This document shows, piece after piece, positions 8,035 to 16,165 of a stretch of 20,000 nucleotides of DNA (its first letter is position 1; every line of letters starts with the position of its first letter). The stretch is from positions 56,970 to 76,969 of the IMG/VR virus record IMGVR_UViG_3300028805_000097; one strand, given 5' to 3'. Made by a program: the position numbers and the translations under genes. The notes under the pieces were generated by a model, which was not told the DNA's origin, did not search any database, and saw nothing but the letters and a program-made list of their open reading frames with translations. This DNA is from an uncultured virus (IMG/VR IMGVR_UViG_3300028805_000097) (taxonomy: Duplodnaviria; Heunggongvirae; Uroviricota; Caudoviricetes).

Positions 8035-8700
8035 TTACCATTCTTTAACAAATTTCACATTTACTGACGTGTCCTTAACGCCTACCTTGCGCAAATAGTC
8101 CTCCAGTACTTTTTTAAGTCCATCTACAAGACCTTCTGGGTTATCAATACGTTTGTGCATCGTAGATGTATAGACTTCAAACTTCTCTCGGAATTGATAG
8201 GTTCTGGCTATGTAATCTTCCAGTGCCTCATAGTGTTCATCTGCAAGTTCCCCTGCCTCGTAGTGGAAGTTTGCATCATCAAGCCTATCTTCCAACAGGA
8301 TTTTCATACGTTTGTCAGCCTTCTTATGCTCCTTTAGAATCTGCATAAGTGACTTGTAACCATACGCCCACTTGCATTTGTGGTTAGGTTTGTACACATA
8401 CTTTTCTCGCTCGGCTTCGGTGAAATAAATCTCCTTGCCAGAAATCATGTTGTCGATGCACTCCTTTAGCTCGTCCTTTGTCTTTTTCGTCACGCCATAA
8501 GCCTGTGAAGGTCTGGTTTCCTCACCCTCCTTGCAGAACTCGTAATAGACCTCTCTCTTAGTCTCGTACTGCCTGCTCATTTCGTAACGCTTATTGAAGT
8601 TATTCCACCAATGGTGAACTGCCAACACTCTAATGATTGCAAAGCCCTTGTAGCTCTCGGACTTGCTTCTGCTCTTTGTTATTCCATCTAATTTACTCAT
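8035..8700 (-). CDS. hypothetical protein (221 aa)
   Basis: Long ORF with A-rich leader. Confidence 0.85.
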   Translation of the reverse strand: MSKLDGITKSRSKSESYKGFAIIRVLAVHHWWNNFNKRYEMSRQYETKREVYYEFCKEGEETRPSQAYGVTKKTKDELKECIDNMISGKEIYFTEAEREKYVYKPNHKCKWAYGYKSLMQILKEHKKADKRMKILLEDRLDDANFHYEAGELADEHYEALEDYIARTYQFREKFEVYTSTMHKRIDNPEGLVDGLKKVLEDYLRKVGVKDTSVNVKFVKEW

Positions 8701-8722
8701 AGTTGTAAAATTGTTAAGTTGT

Positions 8723-9031
8723 TTAATATACTATTACCTCTCCTAATGTCTGGTGAAAAGCACCTATACTATCTTCCAGAGTATAGATGTCAGCACCTTT
8801 TGCTAACCCATCCTGCAATGCTTGTGCGTAATCTTCGTTACCTTCACTAAAAGCATCCGAAATCCAGACGTCCACCATTTCTGGGTCTGGTTCTTCCAGA
8901 GAATAATTGCCGAACGAATCAGAATCAGTTTCCAACATCTTTAATACAATGTCATTCTGGTCTTTTGTAATCCCCAGAGTAACCACCTTTGTGCCATCAG
9001 TAAGCACGTTTTCAAAATTTTGTAATTCCAT
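8723..9031 (-). CDS. acidic hypothetical protein (102 aa)
   Basis: First ORF after promoter 9060-9092. Confidence 0.8.
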   Translation of the reverse strand: MELQNFENVLTDGTKVVTLGITKDQNDIVLKMLETDSDSFGNYSLEEPDPEMVDVWISDAFSEGNEDYAQALQDGLAKGADIYTLEDSIGAFHQTLGEVIVY

Positions 9032-9059
9032 AATACTTAATATTTAATTGTTTGACACG

Positions 9060-9092
9060 GCAAAGTTACACAAAAAAATCGAGAAAACCAAA
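9060..9092 (-). promoter_or_regulatory. Bacteroidota sigma-A promoter
   Basis: TTTG...TAACTTTGC. Confidence 0.85.
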
Positions 9093-9141
9093 GGTCTCCT
9101 CGACTTTTTAACAATTTTTATAATTATGGATACTTACAGCC

Positions 9142-9891
9142 TTACCATCCATACACCTTTGCCACGTAGGGGCGTAGGCTTCTGGTTGCCTTTCTAAACT
9201 GCTCTTCTGTCATACCCTTGTAGGCAATGGCATTAATAAGGTTTTCAGCCTGCTCACGGCTCTTTGCAACCCTGTAAAGGTAGTAGTTAGTGCCGTCGTG
9301 ATGCGAAGCCCTACAGCGGACGTTATGCTGGTCACAATACCAATCCAGATATTCACAATCAGAACGCAGAATTTGTTTAACGTTAGTGCCGATAATACCA
9401 CCACCATTATGTCTGCCATCCCAGAGTCCAAGGTCAACGAAAGCCACGATACAGCCATCTACTTCAATATCCAGATTAGCCCTTTCGTCATCAAGACACA
9501 GGTCACAATCTTCGTGATAACGTTCGTAGTCAATAGTGATACCTTCTTCTTCCCTTGTTTCCTCGTCTGGATAGTCGATAAGCATACATGCTTCCCACTC
9601 GTCGTAGTTGTCGTTAGTCCAGATAACCCTGTGATTGACGTCGATATAACCATCAGACGTAACAGGGCGAGCGCACATCATTTTAAAATGCCGACGTACA
9701 TCATTCTCTGTACCATTATCGAAGTTAACAGCCTCAACCTTAACGAGTCTGTGCCTGTTTGGTGAAGTTGTGACATCCCACTTATCTTCATACATAACAC
9801 CACGCAGCCAAATGCCTGCCTTACCTTCGTGCTGGTAAACCTTCAATAGTTTGTTAGCCAGACGATACCTTGCAATTAACTTATTTCCCAT
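9142..9891 (-). CDS. hypothetical protein (249 aa; LGLWDGR...HHDGTNYYLYR)
   Basis: Long ORF; motifs recall an uncharacterised gut-phage family (from memory, unverified). Confidence 0.85.
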   Translation of the reverse strand: MGNKLIARYRLANKLLKVYQHEGKAGIWLRGVMYEDKWDVTTSPNRHRLVKVEAVNFDNGTENDVRRHFKMMCARPVTSDGYIDVNHRVIWTNDNYDEWEACMLIDYPDEETREEEGITIDYERYHEDCDLCLDDERANLDIEVDGCIVAFVDLGLWDGRHNGGGIIGTNVKQILRSDCEYLDWYCDQHNVRCRASHHDGTNYYLYRVAKSREQAENLINAIAYKGMTEEQFRKATRSLRPYVAKVYGW

Positions 9892-9912
9892 AATCTTATA
9901 ATTGTTAGTTGT

Positions 9913-10143
9913 TTATAATAAGACCTTATCGGTCAGTGAATTTGTCATATCCCAGAGATTACCCATAGTGACGTGCTTCTCTCCAAGTAAGCGGTTATCA
10001 CTGCTATACTTATATATATGCACGCTAATAGTCCACTGGTCAAGCCCATTCCTAAGAATAGCCGTAACGTCTCTCCATTGCTTCAACCCATTCTTATACT
10101 CTGGGTCAGCATTTTTCTTTTCAATGATTAAACTATATTCCAT
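9913..10143 (-). CDS. hypothetical protein (76 aa)
   Basis: First ORF after promoter 10167-10199. Confidence 0.8.
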   Translation of the reverse strand: MEYSLIIEKKNADPEYKNGLKQWRDVTAILRNGLDQWTISVHIYKYSSDNRLLGEKHVTMGNLWDMTNSLTDKVLL

Positions 10144-10166
10144 AACTTTATTGTTTTATTGACGCT

Positions 10167-10199
10167 GCAAAGTTACACATTTTCCATGTAATAACCAAA
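10167..10199 (-). promoter_or_regulatory. Bacteroidota sigma-A promoter
   Basis: TTTG...TAACTTTGC. Confidence 0.85.
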
Positions 10200-10223
10200 T
10201 CCTTTAATATTTTTTAAGAAAAT

Positions 10224-10258
10224 AAAAGGGCTGCAACCTGCCTAGCAAGCCACAGCCC
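10224..10258 (-). terminator. intrinsic terminator
   Basis: GGGCTGTGGCTTGC/GCAGGTTGCAGCCC then TTTT. Confidence 0.8.
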
Positions 10259-10295
10259 AGCGTCAACAACTAAATATTAGATATGGAAAGAAGCG

Positions 10296-10763
10296 TTATA
10301 TCAAATCCAGATGCTCATAGTAGACCTCGTAGTCGAGCCAGTTCCCACAAACACCCATAGTCAAGCTATCAATCATAGTGTTGAAGTCAGCCAGAACCTC
10401 AGCATCTTCATCGTCTTCTTCTGCCAGTGCTAACCGCTCTGCCAGAATCTCGTATAGCTCTTTGCGAAGGTCATCAGTTCCAAACTGCTGGTCACGAACG
10501 ATGCAGACTGTCTGTTTATCGCCCTCTTCGTCCTCGAAGCACAGGACTGCCATCTTTGGGTAAATATCCCAGATATGGTCTGGATTGAGTTTAGAAGGGT
10601 CTTTAACTTCCGTAACCACTGCCGATGCTACTTCCTTCTTTGAAACGAGCATGTTTGTCTCTTTAGCCATCTTAACGATATTCTCGTTACTGGTCGGCTC
10701 ACATCTAACATACTGGGTCTTCTTACCCTTGTTAGTCTTAATTTCGTAAACTTTCTTTTCCAT
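10296..10763 (-). CDS. hypothetical protein (155 aa, acidic C-terminal half)
   Basis: Own promoter and terminator. Confidence 0.85.
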   Translation of the reverse strand: MEKKVYEIKTNKGKKTQYVRCEPTSNENIVKMAKETNMLVSKKEVASAVVTEVKDPSKLNPDHIWDIYPKMAVLCFEDEEGDKQTVCIVRDQQFGTDDLRKELYEILAERLALAEEDDEDAEVLADFNTMIDSLTMGVCGNWLDYEVYYEHLDLI

Positions 10764-10844
10764 AATCTTTTAAATTAAATTGTTTGTTAATATTTGAAAG
10801 GGAGCGAGGACTCGAACCTTCTTTCTCCCTTGTTGTTTGGTGGT

Positions 10845-10878
10845 GCAAAGTTACACAAAACCCAGGAAATAACCAAAT
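10845..10878 (-). promoter_or_regulatory. Bacteroidota sigma-A promoter
   Basis: TTTG...TAACTTTGC. Confidence 0.85.
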
Positions 10879-10891
10879 TCCTTAACGTTTT

Positions 10892-11266
10892 TTAAGAATA
10901 TCGCTCCACAATGTCACGGAACTTAAGCGGATAGTTCCCCAGATTTACCTTTATGGCAGCTACCATCTTATCGAACTTGCTTTCCACGAACTTGGATAAA
11001 ATGTCCTCAACACTCTCCTTGAAGTCGAAATGCTTAAATTCGATAATGGCATTACGCTTGCCTTGTGAGTCTCTGATAGCCTCGGAAAAACGCTTGTAAC
11101 TCTTAGGGTCGTTCAAGTCAAATTCACTACCGAACTTGCCCAGAAGGATAATTTCAACAATGCGTGCTACACCACAATTCTCGCCAAGATAGGCACGGCA
11201 CATCTGGAAGTTCAGCAGGAAGTCTGCACTCCGCTTGTAGCCTTCGTAAATCTTAGTATTCTTCAT
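10892..11266 (-). CDS. hypothetical protein (124 aa)
   Basis: ORF in operon. Confidence 0.8.
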   Translation of the reverse strand: MKNTKIYEGYKRSADFLLNFQMCRAYLGENCGVARIVEIILLGKFGSEFDLNDPKSYKRFSEAIRDSQGKRNAIIEFKHFDFKESVEDILSKFVESKFDKMVAAIKVNLGNYPLKFRDIVERYS

Positions 11267-11284
11267 ATATCTAATGTTATTTAA

Positions 11285-11506
11285 TTAATCTACTTCAAAG
11301 TTGTTTTTATCAAACTCCTTATAGTCGAATATGCAAGCAAACATTTCACTTGAATTAGCCCAGCAATATTCGTTTAGTTCATCATTGGTAAGACCATTTT
11401 CCTTAGCAATCTCACCCAACCTTTTATCAATGATTTCAATTTTCTCTGGAGTGTAGCAACTCTCCAAACCATCAATTAATTGTCTCCTTACTTCTTTAAT
11501 ATCCAT
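11285..11506 (-). CDS. acidic hypothetical protein (73 aa)
   Basis: ORF in operon. Confidence 0.8.
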   Translation of the reverse strand: MDIKEVRRQLIDGLESCYTPEKIEIIDKRLGEIAKENGLTNDELNEYCWANSSEMFACIFDYKEFDKNNFEVD

Positions 11507-11530
11507 AATACTATTATTTAATTATACTTA

Positions 11531-11656
11531 CTAATGGTCTATCTGCGAATTATATCCACTACGATAGATACCCTGTGCTCTCTCACATGCATACTGCTCA
11601 TCTAACCACTTTTCTTGTGGGCTTTCATAAGCATGGTTTCCAAATTGACTACTCAT
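11531..11656 (-). CDS. small hypothetical protein (41 aa, MSSQFGNHAYESPQEKW...)
   Basis: Not in ORF track; first ORF after promoter 11696; ends TAG TAA; leader duplicated in the next gene. Confidence 0.65.
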   Translation of the reverse strand: MSSQFGNHAYESPQEKWLDEQYACERAQGIYRSGYNSQIDH

Positions 11657-11695
11657 ATTACTTTATTATTTAATTATACTTATTGTTTATCGTTG

Positions 11696-11728
11696 GCAAA
11701 GTTACAGAAAATTTTCGAAATAACCAAA
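11696..11728 (-). promoter_or_regulatory. Bacteroidota sigma-A promoter
   Basis: TTTG...TAACTTTGC. Confidence 0.85.
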
Positions 11729-11740
11729 TTTTTTCCTAAT

Positions 11741-11780
11741 AAAAAAAGTGCATTGAACACTCCCCAATGTCCAACGCACT
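11741..11780 (-). terminator. intrinsic terminator
   Basis: AGTGCGTTGGACATT/AGTGTTCAATGCACT then T6. Confidence 0.85.
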
Positions 11781-11793
11781 GATTTTAAAAGGT

Positions 11794-12240
11794 TTACTCC
11801 TTAGAATCGTTTTCAATACGCTCCTTCATCTTATAGAACATATTGGCATATTTCTTAGCCTCGTCGAGTTGTATCTGGAGTTTGGGCAGTCTCACTTCTG
11901 CCTCCCACCAAAGGTAATACTTAACGTCATCCAGAACCTTCTGCAAGTCCTTTGTAAACATATCGTCAAGCGCAACCTTCTTAACAAAGCTACCTGTCAT
12001 CCTGTTATAAACGATAGGGAACTTCTGGATAGATGTGCCATATTCCTCAGCATTTTCGTCATACTTATAGACCGCAAAGCATGATACAAATAAATATTTC
12101 TTAGTGATAGAACTATAAGGTCTTTCCTGCCCTACACAATGGCAAGCGTGACCTGCCTTGTTCAAATAATCTTCGGAGAACGTGAAGGTCTTACCTCCTA
12201 CGATGTTGCGAATCTCCTTTAAAATCTCTTCTCTTTCCAT
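11794..12240 (-). CDS. hypothetical protein (148 aa)
   Basis: ORF followed by a terminator. Confidence 0.85.
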   Translation of the reverse strand: MEREEILKEIRNIVGGKTFTFSEDYLNKAGHACHCVGQERPYSSITKKYLFVSCFAVYKYDENAEEYGTSIQKFPIVYNRMTGSFVKKVALDDMFTKDLQKVLDDVKYYLWWEAEVRLPKLQIQLDEAKKYANMFYKMKERIENDSKE

Positions 12241-12252
12241 AATGATATTGTT

Positions 12253-12546
12253 TTACTTAAATAAAAACTCTATTGTCACTTGCTCTGTGAAAGCCTTGAA
12301 ATACTTACACATCACTCTCTTATGCCAAGGGGTCAGCACGCAGCATTGAGATAGATTAAATACGGCAACATCGTGACGTAAATCACTCACCTGCCCCATA
12401 AACATTGTAAGAGCCTTAAACTCCGCTTCATTGAGACACATAGTAACCACAATAGGCTCGCCATAGTGTCCACCAATGCAACTTCCATCATCGAACTCCT
12501 TGTAGAAGCCGTTCCTGTCCGTAATTCTTACTTTATACCTTTTCAT
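12253..12546 (-). CDS. hypothetical protein (97 aa)
   Basis: First ORF after promoter 12571-12603. Confidence 0.8.
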   Translation of the reverse strand: MKRYKVRITDRNGFYKEFDDGSCIGGHYGEPIVVTMCLNEAEFKALTMFMGQVSDLRHDVAVFNLSQCCVLTPWHKRVMCKYFKAFTEQVTIEFLFK

Positions 12547-12570
12547 ATCTTTATTGTTTAAATTGACATG

Positions 12571-12603
12571 GCAAAGTTACACAAAAAAATCGGGAAAACC
12601 AAA
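12571..12603 (-). promoter_or_regulatory. Bacteroidota sigma-A promoter
   Basis: TTTG...TAACTTTGC. Confidence 0.85.
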
Positions 12604-12631
12604 TGTTCACCCGATTTCTTAACATTATTTA

Positions 12632-13267
12632 TTAAATAGCAGGAATGAAATACCCATCAATTTCTTTCATGCCCTTGATGGCATTCTTGGAGTTGGTAAC
12701 TCCGATGCGGTCGTAAGCCCATGAACCGATACGCTTATCCTTCTGCCAGTCGTAGTTGTCTCTTTTTACAACGTAGTCACCACCACCTTCACCATTACCA
12801 TCGCAGCACAGGATTGGAAGGGGATGCGTTCGCCATTCTTTTTTGTTATACTTTTTAATCTTTACGTATTCCTTCTTGGTGAAGTTGATAGCGTAGGCAT
12901 AGTAGGGTGCATCGTCGCCATATTCACGAGCGAATGCCAGAGCGAAGTCTTTAGCCTTCTTACTCTCCGCAATCTCTCGTGCCATAGGATAGAGATTGCA
13001 AGTTCCCTCATCATTTTCATCGGCTGGATAAGCCTTTGTTACCTTTGGGTCTGCATAGTCACCAAGCCACACAAAGGGTTTTCCGTAGTATTCGTTTGCC
13101 AACAGCCAGCAGGCAGCAGCAACAAATTTATTACCGCACCATGAATGTTCAGTGAGTTTCTGACCGCAAAATGCTCCATAATCATAAGAGCGAATCGAAT
13201 AAGCAACTGGCTTCTTTACTCTCTTCCAGTTCTCCTTTAAAAAGGTTGGTTTATAATATTGTCCCAT
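12632..13267 (-). CDS. conserved phage hypothetical protein (MGQYY...KLTEHSW...WLGDYAD...HPLP...GNGEGGGDY...GSWA)
   Basis: Own promoter; motif pattern recalls a widespread uncharacterised phage family (from memory, unverified). Confidence 0.85.
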   Translation of the reverse strand: MGQYYKPTFLKENWKRVKKPVAYSIRSYDYGAFCGQKLTEHSWCGNKFVAAACWLLANEYYGKPFVWLGDYADPKVTKAYPADENDEGTCNLYPMAREIAESKKAKDFALAFAREYGDDAPYYAYAINFTKKEYVKIKKYNKKEWRTHPLPILCCDGNGEGGGDYVVKRDNYDWQKDKRIGSWAYDRIGVTNSKNAIKGMKEIDGYFIPAI

Positions 13268-13298
13268 AATTGAAAAAAATTAAGTTGTTTAACATGGT

Positions 13299-13331
13299 GC
13301 AAAGTTACACAAAAAAATTGAGAAAACCATA
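13299..13331 (-). promoter_or_regulatory. Bacteroidota sigma-A promoter
   Basis: TATG...TAACTTTGC. Confidence 0.8.
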
Positions 13332-13360
13332 AGTTCTCTCAATCTTTTAACATTTTTTAG

Positions 13361-13450
13361 TACGTCGGGCGGGGGTCGAACCCGCAAGACGCTTTTGACG
13401 GCATCTGTCAGATTTTAAGTCTGATGTGTACACCATTCCACCACCGACGC
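13361..13450 (-). tRNA. tRNA-Leu (anticodon UAA)
   Basis: Acceptor GCGTCGG/CCGACGT, D-loop GGAATGGT, anticodon arm TCAGA-CT TAA AA-TCTGA, long variable arm, T arm GCGGG-TTCGACC-CCCGC, discriminator A; CCA not encoded. Confidence 0.93.
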
Positions 13451-13451
13451 A

Positions 13452-13467
13452 TGTTTCACGTGAAACA
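13452..13467. promoter_or_regulatory. parS: parS centromere-like site
   Basis: Second perfect TGTTTCACGTGAAACA. Confidence 0.85.
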
Positions 13468-13469
13468 AT

Positions 13470-13507
13470 AAAAAACCATCCATTGTCTTCACAGATTCTG
13501 GATGGTT
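13470..13507 (-). terminator. intrinsic terminator, GTGA tetraloop
   Basis: AACCATCCA...TCT-GTGA-AGA...TGGATGGTT then TTTT. Confidence 0.8.
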
Positions 13508-13532
13508 ACTTTTTATGACAAATAAATATTAC

Positions 13533-13799
13533 TTATTTCGCCTCAAATTTCTTAAAGACGTGATGCAATCCGTTCTGGGTTTTACCCCACGTCACAATAC
13601 CATCCAGTTCTCCGTTACTGAATGCTAAGCATAATCGGTCATGTGTCTCGTCGATATGCTCCATCTTTATTGCTTCTGGCTTCTCTGTGAAAACCTCGTA
13701 GTCTGCAATCCTCTCTGTTATAATGTCGCAGGCTTTATCCTTGTTGATAAAGGTGCAGTTTTCAAAAGCCTTGTTTATTGCGTTAACTCTCTGTGCCAT
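13533..13799 (-). CDS. hypothetical protein (88 aa)
   Basis: Own promoter and terminator. Confidence 0.8.
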   Translation of the reverse strand: MAQRVNAINKAFENCTFINKDKACDIITERIADYEVFTEKPEAIKMEHIDETHDRLCLAFSNGELDGIVTWGKTQNGLHHVFKKFEAK

Positions 13800-13835
13800 A
13801 GTTGTAATATAAATATTGCTTATTGCTATTTTTGT

Positions 13836-13868
13836 GCAAAGATATAAATTTTTTTCCAGAAAAACAAG
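13836..13868 (-). promoter_or_regulatory. Bacteroidota sigma-A promoter
   Basis: CTTG...TATCTTTGC. Confidence 0.8.
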
Positions 13869-13871
13869 TTT

Positions 13872-14012
13872 TTAACGATTTTTTTTCGCTTTCTGCCATC
13901 CCTTTAGCTTATGTCGCTTTCTGGGGTGAAACTCCGCATCTGTAGTTGTGATAATGCAAGGGAGAAAAACGTCCCTGTAGCTGTAGCTGAATGATAAACT
14001 AAATATTCTCAT
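13872..14012 (-). CDS. small basic hypothetical protein (46 aa, MRIFSLSF...KGWQKAKKNR)
   Basis: Not in ORF track; A-rich leader, fills the gap. Confidence 0.5.
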   Translation of the reverse strand: MRIFSLSFSYSYRDVFLPCIITTTDAEFHPRKRHKLKGWQKAKKNR

Positions 14013-14124
14013 AACTCTTATTCTTTAACGTTCTTAAGTTTCTTTTTAAATTCTGGGGAAGTCACCACATCGGCAACCATGACCCCCAGAGATAATAGTA
14101 GAAATAATCCAAATCCCATAGCAT

Positions 14125-14592
14125 TCAATTTTCAAAGAAATCCATCTGCCAGACCTTATCCGTGAAATAACGGCTGTAGAAGTCTTGATATTCCTTTACC
14201 CTGTCAACATACAGCAGGACGTATGGAATGAGCGTATCGAGGCTGTTAAGCAGGAAATTCCCTATGTTATCCACTGGCATCATGCCCTCGTCAGCCTTGC
14301 CGTTGAACATAAACAATCCATCTGGGTAACGGAAGGGAGTGTTAACCACGAAAGCGATAGCCTTTGCTGACATCATGCCTTTTTGTACAAGGTACGCCAA
14401 ATCTTCTGTCTTGTTGATGTTAAAGATGTAGTCAGTGCCACCACGTTCGTCCTCTCGCATTCTGTTGTAAGCATCCAGAACAATCTGGAGACCATTACCT
14501 TTGCGGAAGTCATCTTTCACTTGTTTCTTGATGAACTCTGTGATAAACTCCAGAGCGTCACTCATTTTCATGTTTGTTGTTGTCTTATCCAT
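14125..14592 (-). CDS. hypothetical protein (155 aa)
   Basis: First ORF after promoter 14624-14656. Confidence 0.85.
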   Translation of the reverse strand: MDKTTTNMKMSDALEFITEFIKKQVKDDFRKGNGLQIVLDAYNRMREDERGGTDYIFNINKTEDLAYLVQKGMMSAKAIAFVVNTPFRYPDGLFMFNGKADEGMMPVDNIGNFLLNSLDTLIPYVLLYVDRVKEYQDFYSRYFTDKVWQMDFFEN

Positions 14593-14623
14593 AACTGATT
14601 AATATTAAGTTGTAAAATATGGT

Positions 14624-14656
14624 GCAAAGTTACACAAAAAATCTGGAATAACAAAG
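14624..14656 (-). promoter_or_regulatory. Bacteroidota sigma-A promoter
   Basis: TTTG...TAACTTTGC. Confidence 0.85.
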
Positions 14657-14671
14657 AAATTGCCTTGTTTT

Positions 14672-14956
14672 TTAATTATTATTCACAATTCTATTATACC
14701 ACTGACTATATTCTTCATCACATTGCGATTTCAGAATATTATAGTTCTCCGTAGTATCTGGATAAAAGTCATTTAAGTCATTCATGCGTAAACGAATCTT
14801 AATCCCCTCACTTTCAATGATAACCTTATCTTCTGCTTCATTTACAGAGAGAATAACGCTCTGTGTAACTACATGATGACACTGCATATCCAGACCAAGT
14901 GATAACACCTTGCAAGGAAGCAAACATTTGACACCTTTGATTACTATTGTTTCCAT
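14672..14956 (-). CDS. hypothetical protein (94 aa, METIVIKG...)
   Basis: Start moved to the ATG 4 nt after the upstream TAG. Confidence 0.8.
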   Translation of the reverse strand: METIVIKGVKCLLPCKVLSLGLDMQCHHVVTQSVILSVNEAEDKVIIESEGIKIRLRMNDLNDFYPDTTENYNILKSQCDEEYSQWYNRIVNNN

Positions 14957-14960
14957 AATT

Positions 14961-15260
14961 CTATTTATAAGTTTCCCAATTCCAGACATCCCAAGGGAAT
15001 GTGTTTAATGCCCACAGGATTTCCTTTTGTATATCCTCTGGTAGTTCAGATACCTCCCAACAAGGGTCATACTCTCCGTTCTCATCCTCGTCATTTGAAT
15101 CGTAGGCAATCAACCCAGAATTAGTAATCTCAACTGCATTTACAATTCTTGGGTATTCATCACCATCTTCATCGAACTCTGATGTGATTTCGACATTGTG
15201 ACCGAATCCCATTCTGGTCATTCCTTTGCTCTCTAATAGAGCGATAATCTCTTTTTCCAT
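14961..15260 (-). CDS. acidic hypothetical protein (99 aa)
   Basis: First ORF after promoter 15288-15320. Confidence 0.8.
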   Translation of the reverse strand: MEKEIIALLESKGMTRMGFGHNVEITSEFDEDGDEYPRIVNAVEITNSGLIAYDSNDEDENGEYDPCWEVSELPEDIQKEILWALNTFPWDVWNWETYK

Positions 15261-15287
15261 AATTCTATTGTTTAATTGTTTGACGTG

Positions 15288-15320
15288 GCAAAGTTACCAA
15301 AAAAGATTGGAATATCCAAG
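15288..15320 (-). promoter_or_regulatory. Bacteroidota sigma-A promoter
   Basis: CTTG...TAACTTTGC. Confidence 0.8.
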
Positions 15321-15345
15321 AGATACCCCAACCTTTTAACGTTTT

Positions 15346-15567
15346 TTAAATCAAATCCTTGAACTCTACTTCGATTGGGTCTGGGTCACCCTCTGGGTAA
15401 TACTGGGTGTCAGTAATCCAATCCCATGAGTAGTCACCTTCGAAGGCGTAGTTGTCATTGATGTACGCATGTTCGTCACCACCATACTTTTCTTCCAGCT
15501 CCTGTTCGTTAACGTCCTCAATAAGCAGTTCGTGGTCGTGGTGGTCAATAATAGCAATCCTTTTCAT
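15346..15567 (-). CDS. very acidic hypothetical protein (73 aa)
   Basis: ATG 4 nt after the upstream stop. Confidence 0.8.
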   Translation of the reverse strand: MKRIAIIDHHDHELLIEDVNEQELEEKYGGDEHAYINDNYAFEGDYSWDWITDTQYYPEGDPDPIEVEFKDLI

Positions 15568-15571
15568 AATC

Positions 15572-15997
15572 TTATAGTTCCATTAGTGTCCATTTAATCC
15601 CTTTACTTTTCTTGGTGTAGTGCTCGTCTGGCTCTGTACCATCCTCATAGTCACCAGTGTTAATCCACATATCCAGAGAGATAAGTTGTCCACAAGCATC
15701 TACCGTAATCTCGTACACATGACCCTTGTAGGCAAACGTTGCTGAAAACTCTGTGTCCTCGTCAGCCTTGTTTTGAAGTTCTCCTGTGTAGAAATACTTA
15801 CTAAAGGTAAACGTTGTTTCCTCTTTCGCATCCTTGTCTTTAATGGCGACGATTAATCCATTCTTGGGGTTTACGAGGTTATTGTATTCCTCGTTTGTAA
15901 TCGTCTGGGTGTACACATCTTTCACCTCATAGTGTCCGTAGAAGCTGTTGTCATAGACCTTTCTGGTGGTCTCTACCTTTAAAAATCCTATTACCAT
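15572..15997 (-). CDS. hypothetical protein (141 aa, MVIGFLK...)
   Basis: Start moved downstream of promoter 16024-16056. Confidence 0.85.
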   Translation of the reverse strand: MVIGFLKVETTRKVYDNSFYGHYEVKDVYTQTITNEEYNNLVNPKNGLIVAIKDKDAKEETTFTFSKYFYTGELQNKADEDTEFSATFAYKGHVYEITVDACGQLISLDMWINTGDYEDGTEPDEHYTKKSKGIKWTLMEL

Positions 15998-16023
15998 AAT
16001 CCTATTGTTTAATTGTTGATGGT

Positions 16024-16056
16024 GCAAAGTTACACATATTCCAGAATATAACCAAA
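16024..16056 (-). promoter_or_regulatory. Bacteroidota sigma-A promoter
   Basis: TTTG...TAACTTTGC. Confidence 0.85.
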
Positions 16057-16075
16057 TTCCTTAACGTTTTTTAAG

Positions 16076-16113
16076 AAAACAATGTGGGGACACCCCATCT
16101 GGAGCATCCCCAC
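16076..16113 (-). terminator. intrinsic terminator
   Basis: GTGGGGATGCTCC/GGGGTGTCCCCAC then ATTGTTTT. Confidence 0.7.
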
Positions 16114-16165
16114 CTCAACCTAACAATTCATTATGGAAAACAACAGCGTTTCACAACGCAAAGAG

